Assembly: GCF_032191835.1 (NCBI RefSeq)
Contig: NC_083242.1
Span: 38,688,001 to 38,752,000 of the forward strand
DNA: 64,000 nucleotides
Source of the DNA: Heteronotia binoei
Taxonomy: Eukaryota
Direction of reading: 5' to 3'
Part shown: positions 37,801 to 46,037 of the stretch, in pieces
How positions within the stretch are numbered: position 1 is the first letter of the stretch
Layout: each line of letters begins with the position of its first letter
The notes under the pieces: generated by a model
The model's database searches: none
Seen by the model: only the letters and a program-made list of their open reading frames with translations
What the model was told of the DNA's origin: nothing
Program-made: the position numbers and the translations under genes

Positions 37801-40037
37801 GGGGCAGTCAGCTGGGGAGGCCTGGTGCTCATCAGGCTCTTTCCAGTGCCCCCCTGCCCTGCCCTGTCTCTGAGGGGTGGGTCTTGGCCCAGGGCTGAGC
37901 TGAGCTGAGCTCCTCTCTGCCACGGCAGCTGCTGGGGGAGACTGGGACACTCCCTCAGAAGGTTGGGTGGGTGCCTCTTCCTTCTTGGGCCAATACAGGC
38001 TGGCCCTGCTCTCCTGTGCGCAGACTGGAGCCCCAAGATGTTGTCGGCTGAGATGCAGAAGGGCTCGGGCAGGTGGTGGGGAGGGTGTTCTGAAGCATGG
38101 GGGGAGGGGGTATCATCCCTCGACATGTTGCCGCCGCCTCCTTTGTGTGCCTTTGGAAGGGGCTCTGCAGGTTTCCAGGTGTCTAGGGGTGCTGCAAGGG
38201 AGGGCTGCGTCGTGAGGGAACTGGAGCTGCCGGCTGCTGCCGCTGTGGTGCACTGGAGAGAGCGCCTGCCTGCCTGCCTGCTGTCCTCCTCCATCTTGCA
38301 GAGGTCCCATCCCATGACCCCTTCCTTGCCCCCCTGCTGCCACCTGAGCCGGACCCCGCTTTGTGTTTGCCTCCTAGGGTGAAGCCGCTGAAGAGGCCGG
38401 GTGGGGGCGGCTCCTCCTCCTCCTCCTCCTCCCAGCCTTCGGAGAACATCGTGGTGGCCTACTACTTCTGCGGGGAGCCCATTCCCTACCGCACCCTGGT
38501 CAAGGGGCGGGTGGTCACCCTGGGGCACTTCAAGGAGCTCCTCACCAAGAAAGGGAATTACCGGTAAGACCAGCGGCTGGGAGGGGCTGCGGCAAGGCTG
38601 CCCCTGGGGTGGGGTGGGAGCAGCCTTCTCTCTCTTGCCAGGGGTGTCTTGCCTATCAGCCCCCCCCCAGATTTTGAGGTGGGGGGACATCAAAGCGATC
38701 AAATGTGCTCGTAACTTTTGGCTTCCAGGGCAGGGTGAACTTCGTCTTTGCCAGCTGCTCTGCCCAGGCCGTTGCCCCTTTCTTGGGCAGCCTCGGGGCA
38801 GGGCTAGCTTGGCAGGGCTGCCCCAGGGAATTTATTTATTTTTATTTATTTATTTTAGGCCATTGATAGCCGCCGTCTCCCAAGAAGGGCTCAGGGCGGA
38901 TAACAACATTAGAAAGGCAATAGGAATAACAATCAAAATGTGGATAAAATAAAAGGCAATGCAATCATAGACAGTTTTTGATGGTGGCTCAGCTGGAACA
39001 TGTAAGCTGAGGAATCAGTTGGCACATGTTGTACGGACTACAAATCTGTCCTACATTCTAAGAATCAGATACAGCAAAGGCAGTTTAATATCGTGACGGG
39101 GGTGGTGCTACAGCATAGGGCCAGGCAGAATGCCTGGAGAATGCCCAATAGTGTAGGGTACCCGTTGCCTCAACTAAAGGCCTGGCGGAATAGCTCCATT
39201 TTGCAGGCCCTACGGAAAGGTAACAGTACAGTGAGGGCCTGGATCTCGAGGGGGAGCTGATTCCACCAGGCTGGAGCCAAGGCTGAAAAGGCCCTTCGGG
39301 GCAGGGGCAGTCAGCAGGGGGAGATGCCGTCCCCTAGATACACTTGTCCCAGGCTGTATAAGAGCCTTCAAGGTCTGGCTTTCTGGGGCCTCCTTGGGCA
39401 GGGTTAGGGGAGTCTCTTCGGGGAACATTTTTGGGAGGGGGTAGGGGAGGGGCATCAAGTGACCGCCCCCTTTGCCTGCATCGCTCTCCCCTCCCCAGGA
39501 GCCAGAATGTGTTCTCCCAAGTCTCAGTCCGGAGGGGGGTGGGGTCTCACTTGTTTTGCAGAGTATTCCATCTCTTGGTAGGCATGACTGGGCTGCTCGG
39601 AGCTCTTAGTGCTGAAGGCCATGACAGGAAGACTGCCTGCTTTTTGCTTTCTCTTCTCTCTCCTTTGAGGCTCTTTCAAGGGGGGGCGGGTCTGCCTCCT
39701 TGTCTTCGTAGCTCAGGATGGCCATCCCCCGTGCAAGCGTGCTGCCGCCGCCTTGGTCAGTCTGCTGAGGGCCTCCGTGTGTGGAGAGGCAGGGCGGGGG
39801 CTTGGAGCACAGAGCAGAGGCACTCCAGCTCCCTGGACTCCCATGGCTCTCAGTGGGCGCAGTCCTCCCCTTGCCCCTGACACCAGGGCTTTTCCATCTC
39901 TGCCTTGCAGGTATTACTTCAAGAAGGTGAGCGACGAGTTTGACTGCGGGGTGGTGTTTGAGGAGGTACGCGAGGAAGAGGCTGTCTTGCCCATCTTTGA
40001 AGAGAAGATCATTGGGAAGGTGGAGAAGATCGACTAG
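25881..40037 (+). CDS. AXIN1: Axin-1
   Basis: Exons 25881-26740, 30973-31113, 31621-31717, 32310-32447, 32953-33500, 35324-35503, 36122-36367, 37380-37487 (36-aa cassette exon), 38378-38563 and 39911-40037 splice in frame. Motifs: tankyrase site [11 protein letters not shown] domain, GSK3 site [14 protein letters not shown], beta-catenin site [17 protein letters not shown] domain ending GKVEKID*. Confidence 0.97.
27080..27365 (+). mobile_element. CR1 3' UTR fragment followed by a (GGAT/AGAT)n microsatellite
   Basis: Same terminal sequence as other CR1 copies (ggcttctcttatgttcttatg); microsatellite at about 27370-27435. Confidence 0.7.
29719..30795 (+). repeat. Five head-to-tail copies of a ~217-bp tRNA-derived SINE (Squam3-like)
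   Basis: Each unit has an A-box (tggctcagtgg), a B-box (ggttcaatcc) and the body cttgagaccctggagagcc..ctgattcagta. Family name is from recall. Confidence 0.85.
34260..35070 (+). mobile_element. Degenerate CR1 fragments in AXIN1 intron
   Basis: [31 protein letters not shown] in broken frames, followed by a CR1-type 3' UTR. Confidence 0.7.
38825..39365 (-). mobile_element. L2 3' fragment
   Basis: (TTTA)n tail plus gggctcagggcgg and ccctggatctcg..gctgattccacc, resembling the L2 ends at 4.7-5.0 and 7.3-7.7 kb. Confidence 0.6.
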
Positions 40038-42087
40038 CTCAGAGGAGAGAGGCAGGGCACAGCCCCCTCCTGGCCAGCACTTGCCACCCCTTGCCTGTGG
40101 GCCTCAGTCACGGAACAGCTCTCTCCAGCTGACCCCACGGCTCACGACAGCTGCCCCCAAAGGGTGCTCTGGATGGGGGAGGCACCTCACCCCCCCCGGC
40201 CTCCTTGGAGGGGGTGCCCAGGGGCTGGGGGGCGAGCACTTGGCAGCGGTCCCCCTTGGATGCTTTGCACTTGGAGCAGCCATTCCTTGTGGCCCAGGAG
40301 GAGGAAGGTGCCTGCCGGACTGGCTGAGCAGTGCTGGAAGGGGGCTGTGCCAGGGGGCTGCATCTAGCCCAAAGGTCCTGAGCAGAATGTGCTGCTCCCT
40401 GCCACCCCCCTCCCCTGGGGCCTCCCCCATTGGCCTGTCTGTACACAAAGCCAGTCCCCCCGCTGGTTCTCCTGACTGTCTCTCGAGGGCTGCCTGCCCC
40501 CTCCTGCCATCACCGAGTGCCTTGAACTCTGAGCTCCTCCTCTGGGGCAGGGAGAGCCCCCCTCCCCCCCCACAGCTGAGCTGCTCCTGGGGATGTGCCT
40601 GCCTTCCGCGTCGGATGGATTTCCAGCACGTGTTCCCCAGCAGTCACGGGTTTCTCGTTTTCTCTTTATTTTTTTGGAAGGGTTCAATGTAAATATGTAC
40701 ATTTTCTAAGCCAAGCGTCAGTGACCAGCAGCTGGGCTGGCAGCTGGTGACTCCAGGGCTGTTTTTTCACATGCCGACTTGTACAATGGTCTTTGGAAGG
40801 TACTTGGATGAGGAGGATGGAATAAACGATGCTGTTCAAACGGCTGCTGGCTCTCTCTCTCTCTCTCTCTCCTGGCCGGCCCCCAGCTCACCCCCTCCTC
40901 CAGACGCAGGGAAGGAACAGCTGGACCAGATCCAGCTCTCTCCCCCACCCCCTGCCAGGAAACATCTGTTCTGTCTCCCCTTGTGCAGGGCAGCTCGCGC
41001 AGTAAGAGCAGGGACTTCAGTCAGCATGCAGCGCCCAGATAGAAACCCTGCCAGGACATATGCGTAGCCACCAGATAGGCAGGCAGACAGCAGACGGATG
41101 GACGTGCTCTTTGTCAGTGGGTGAGCCCAGGACAGGCTGGTCTCCTCAGCCCTGGCGAGGCCTTGAGCGGGAGGCCTCCGAACAACCCCCAGGTTGTGTT
41201 GCAGAGGCAGGTCACTCTCCACTGGCAAGAGAGGCTGTAGGAAACTCCGGCCAACAAGGGCGCAAGTCAGCCTGCGACACACCATCTTTGCAGCTGGAGG
41301 CAGAGCGCCAGACAATCGGAGGAAAGGTTTTGGCCAGCCCGGGAGGACGATGCCTCCTTCAGGTGGGCTCTCCCTCCCTCCTCACTCCCCAGCCCACCGA
41401 GTTTGACCCTGCCAGCCACAAAGGGCAAAGGTCAGGCTGAGACCCAGCGCACTGCTCCTTGGTGAGGGGCCAGTCCACTCCCCCTTGCACCCCGGAAAGC
41501 ATCTGCCCTCCCAGAACACCTTGAGCGGGTGCACCCCTTGGGACATGGAAGGTGGGGCGGATGCTGGCCCTTCTGCACTGGGTCTCCCTGGAGGGAGCGG
41601 GAGGCAGGCTTGGAAGGTCTGGAGTGGAGAAGAGCCCCACCGAGCTCCTCCCCCACCTTGGATACGGAACCAGAACCTGAGCCGGTTCCACGGAGCCTTG
41701 GAGCTCTGGGCATTGTTTGAATTCCTCAACGGCCCGGCTGGCCTGCGGTGGGGAGGGCAGCAGGATGGGCTTGAGTGGTGAGGGGGGGAGCTGGAGGGGG
41801 CCCCCTTGGGGGGAGGGAGAGCAGGTGCTGCGCTCCAGCTGTGGCCCAGATGCCAGCAGCGCCCTCCGGGGTGGGGGGGCCTGGGAGTCAGCCTGATGTT
41901 CCCTCTCTTGTTCTCGAGCAGAAAGCAAGAGCGCCCCTCTTGAGAGCCAGGTAGGGGCCGTGGGTGGCTTGGGCAAAGGGGGGCAGCAGAGGGTGCTCCA
42001 GGGCCGGTCCTGGCCTCTGGCTGACAAGACCCCTGGGCAGCAGCAGGGGGGAGGCTGGAAGGACTCAGCTGGCTTTGTTGCCTGCAG

Positions 42088-45000
42088 GATGAGGCCAGCC
42101 CGCTGCACGCAGTGGCCAGGAGGGGGCACTATGAGGCCGCCTGTCGCATTCTCTCCCGGGGGACGGAGGCCATCGACAGCCAGGTGGGGGGGCCTTGGAG
42201 GGTGGTCTCCCCCACACTCTGGGTCAACTGGACCCTTCTCCCTCCAGCCCTCCGCAGCTGGCTGGTGCTGGCAGCTTCTCTCTCTGCCCTGCAGGACGCC
42301 AGTGGAAGGAGTCCCCTTTTCTGGGCCACCGAATACCGGCAGGAGAGGCTGGTGGAGCTGCTGCTGGCCCACGGGGCCAACCCAGCGGTGCGGGACAAGG
42401 TGAGGGAGTGGCCGGCTGCCCTCCCCCTGCCAGCAGCAGAGCTTGGCTAAGGGGGTGTGTGGCAGAGGCTGACCCCCTTCTCTGGCCCAGCAGTTCCAAG
42501 CCTGGGGCAACACAGTGAGGAGGGGTGGGGGTGACTGCCTGCCACCTGGGGCTGGCTGGGGGTGAGGCAAGCCCCAGTGGCCGAGCCTGTTGTGGGGCCC
42601 TGCCCCTCATGCACCCAGCCAGCTGCCTGTGGGGGTGGCTCATGGGTGAAGTTGGAGACCGGGCTGGAGCTCCAGTGCTGAGCCCTGGGCTTGGAGTCCC
42701 CCCAGAAAGGGAGGGGGCTCTTCTTTGCTCTGGAGCCAGGAGACCTCTGCCCTGCCCTGCCCCGCTTGGGCGGGGGGAGGAATGCAGGAGTTGCCTTGTC
42801 CCCAAAACAGCCCCCCCCCCCGGGTTTGAGCATTCTCCTCTGAGGTGGCATCACAACCGCCTGGTATTTCAGTGGCAAGAGACCCTCTACTTCGCAGAAG
42901 GTCTCTCTGCCCCCCCCTTTTGTGCCGCCCTGCCAGCGCTTCCCATTTGCCCTCCAGGAAGGGAACCTCTGTCTGCACCGGGCAGCCTTTGGGGGCTGTG
43001 CCGCCATTGCCCACATGTTGCTGGAGGCTGGCTCGGACCCAAACGCGCCAAACGACCAGGGAGACTCCCCTCTGCACCTGGCTGCCCGGGAGAGACACCA
43101 CGAATGCCTTGTGTGAGTGCCACCCCCGCTGTCTTGCTGGGTGGGCCTCGGGCGGAACCCCCTGGGCATCCTTGGGAAGCAGCGCTCCCCACGCCCACCC
43201 CAAGGAGGCCACAGGCTTCTGCTCTCGGAGCACGCCGCGTTGGCCTTGCAGCAGGCAGACCAGGAAAGCAAGACAGAACCCTGGGGCCAACCCAGGCAAG
43301 GGAAGCAACCCTGAGAAACCACAAGAAGGGACCGCCTGTTTCCCGGGTGATATTTCTCACACGGCTGCCGCTGGGCTTCCCTCACTCCTGGGGGGCCCAG
43401 CTCTGCCTCTGTGTCTTGCAGGCTGCTCCTTGCCTATGGGGCTGAGGCCTGCCTGCAGAACAAAGCGGGCCGGACACCCCTGCAGTGGAGTGCCCTTCAG
43501 AGCGCCTCCGCTTCCCCCGCCCTGAGCCAGGCGGAGAGAGTCCTCAGCAGGTGAGGGGGGGCTGGCCCTGCTGTGGGGTGGCCCAGGGGGCCTGCAGGGG
43601 CCCAGCCAAGCTTTGACTGCTCCCTCCCATCCCTCCCCAGAGACATTTCCCGGGGCTTTGAGCAAGTGCCCATTCCCTGCTTCAACGGGGTGGACGACGC
43701 CCCATGTCCCAGCGACTTCCTCTACGTCACGCAAAACATCGTGTCGGAGTCTGTGGCTATCTCCGTGGCAGCTGCTGGCCCAGGCAGGAGTCAGGTCAGA
43801 GCAGGGCTGGCCCCAGGGGGCCGCTGTGGGTGTCCGAGGGGGCTGGCGGGCAGCTTGCAGCTCTGCTCTGAGCCCCCCCCTGCAGCATCCGGCTCTGCAG
43901 CTCTTTCCTTCGCGGGCTTGCCAAGGAGGGGGGGAAGAGCGCCCATCCCTTCCAGCCCCCCACTGAGCGGAAGCAAGAGGCCTCAGCCCAGAGGGAGCCA
44001 AGCAGCCGGTACCCCAAAGGCTTGGAGTCCCATGGAAGAAAGGCAGCCTCGTGCTTTCTGGAGGGCTGGGGGATGTGCCGTGGTCCCCACTGCCCGCTGG
44101 GCGGGAGGTCCGGATGGGCTGGCGCGGTGAAGTGGTCCTCCTGGGGCTGCCCTGCAGCTGAACTGGGTGGGCTCTGTAGAGCTGAGTTGGCAACTGTTGA
44201 TCTGAGGAGACTTTGAGGGAGATCCTATTGTGGGAACCGGGTGGAACTGAGCCCACAGCCGCCCGTCTCTGGCTCTGCAGAATGCCAAGAGGCGGGGCTT
44301 GCAATGTGTGGAGGGGGTGGGGGGGAGTGGCAGACAGCCTCACTGTGGGCTAGAGGCCCCCTCCCTCTCAAAAGGTGACCCTCCGGCCTTTGCTTGCAGC
44401 ACTGCTCCTGCCCCCCCGGAGGCTGCTCCCCCGCCAGCTGCCCTTGTGTCTCGCGCGGCAGGCGGCCCTGGGACACAAGGAGGGTAAGAATGGCAGGCTG
44501 GGCATGGTGGCCGGGGGCTGGGGCACCAGGCAGGCTCTCCTCCCTTCCTCTTGTGTTCCAGGATGGCCAACTCCTCCGGCAGGGTGCCAGCAGCTCCTCC
44601 TCCTCCCCCTCGGAGATGGGCCTCCTCTTTGAATGCAACGTGCTCTGCTCGTGTGCCAGCTCCTGCTCCAACCGGGTGGTGCAGAGGGGCACCAGGTGAT
44701 GAGGGCAGCTTCTCCTGCTGCCTCCCTTCCTTGCAGGGGTCAGCCTAGCCCCTTGCCTGGGCTCCTCGCTTGCAGGCACCACCACGCCCCGCCCCCCAGC
44801 GGGCCGGCTCTGCAGAGCTGCCAAGAGGAGGGGGGACCCGCACCCCTTTGGACTCGATGCTTCCCAGGCTACAGTGTTCTCTCTTTGGGGCAGGGTTCAG
44901 CTGCAGCTCTTCCGGACGCCAGCCAAGGGCTGGGGCGTGCGCACTGCACAGGATGTCCCCCGTGGAGCCTTTCTGTGCCAGTGAGTTGGGGGTGGGGGGG

Positions 45001-45869
45001 AGGTCCTCTTTGGGGGCCCTTCGAGAGCACGAGGCCCAGCCAGCTCCCCCTCCCCTCTTTGCCAGGTACTTTGGGGAGCTGATTTCCAGCACAGAGGCCG
45101 CGGGGCGCAGCCTGGAGAATGCCTACTACTTCGCCCTGGTGAGACTGCTGCTGCCCCCCCCGCCCCCCGCCCAGCACAAGGGGTCTAGGCTCAGCCCCAC
45201 TGCTGCCATCGTGCCCCCTCTCTTGCAGGACGGCCAGGAGCGCTGCCTTGATGGGCGCTTCTATGGCAACATTGGCCGCTTCCTGAACCACTCCTGCCGG
45301 CCCAACCTGGAGGCTGTGCAGGTGTCAGCGGGGCCCGAGGGCCCTGGCATCGCCTTCTTCAGCACCCGGCCCATCCGCGCCGGAGAGGAGCTGGGGTGAG
45401 CGAGGGGCTCGGCTGGAAGCAGGGGGGGGGGGCGCAGTGCTGGGAAAGGGGCCCGGGGCGGGCCTGCCTTCGATGGAGGGCTCAACTCCTGGGCGGCCTG
45501 TGGGGAAAGTAGAGGCAGCCGGTCTGGGGGGTGGGAGGAGCCAGGTGGGCCGCCCCGCCCCCTCCGCTGCTCCAACCGGGCTTCTCCCCCCGCCCCCCCG
45601 CCCCTTGCAGGTTCGACTACGGGGACAAGTTCTGGGAAGTGAAGGCGGGCGAAGGCTGCCGCTGCCTGTGCGGGGCTCCCGCGTGCCGCTACCGCCAGGA
45701 GGCCGCTTGCCCGGCGGCGTCGGGGGCTGCTGCGGGCGACGTGGCGTCGGGGCCGGGCGTCGGGGCCGGGCGCCCCCCGCTGCGAGGCTTCGCGCTCAAG
45801 TCCAAGCGCAGGACCCCCCTGCAAGGCCCCGCGCGCTCCCGCCGAGCCCCGCCCCTCGCCGAGCAATAA
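42088..45869 (+). CDS. EHMT1/EHMT2 (GLP/G9a)-like histone-lysine N-methyltransferase: ankyrin repeats, pre-SET, SET, post-SET; 5' end uncertain
   Basis: Exons 42088-42183, 42295-42399, 42958-43112, 43422-43550, 43641-43794, 44400-44483, 44562-44695, 44894-44980, 45066-45138, 45229-45395 and 45611-45869 are all AG/GT with matching phases and sum to 1443 nt. Motifs: [100 protein letters not shown]. Confidence 0.9.
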
Positions 45870-46037
45870 AGTTGGTGCTTCCCACGAGCTGCCGCGCCGC
45901 TGGTTCTTGCAAGCTGGAGGGCGACCGCAGGGGGGGGGGAGGGGGAAGCCCCGCCCCTCGGCCGAAGCCCCGCCCCTCGGGAGTCGCTGCCCGGCCGGAG
46001 AAGAGGCGCGGAGCGGAGGCAGCCCGAGGCGAGCTCC

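Noticed and set aside
37356-38702. 448-aa minus-strand ORF inside AXIN1
   Set aside because: Low-complexity antisense shadow across AXIN1 exons and GC-rich introns; no recognisable protein features.
41359-43445. Long overlapping Pro/Gly/Arg-rich ORFs on both strands (for example 403, 312 and 306 aa)
   Set aside because: Expected in very GC-rich DNA with few stop codons; they are antisense or off-frame shadows of real exons and have no domain signal.
45780-45812. ALKSKRR in the EHMT-like C-tail as a possible histone-mimic (ARKS/T-like) automethylation site
   Set aside because: Lacks the Arg before Lys and is equally explained as a basic NLS-like patch or GC-driven composition.
42088-45869. 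Calling the SET gene EHMT2 or EHMT1 outright, or a pseudogene
   Set aside because: Neighbourhood and divergence fit neither orthologue, so no symbol is assigned. There are no stops, frameshifts or broken splice sites to support pseudogene status.
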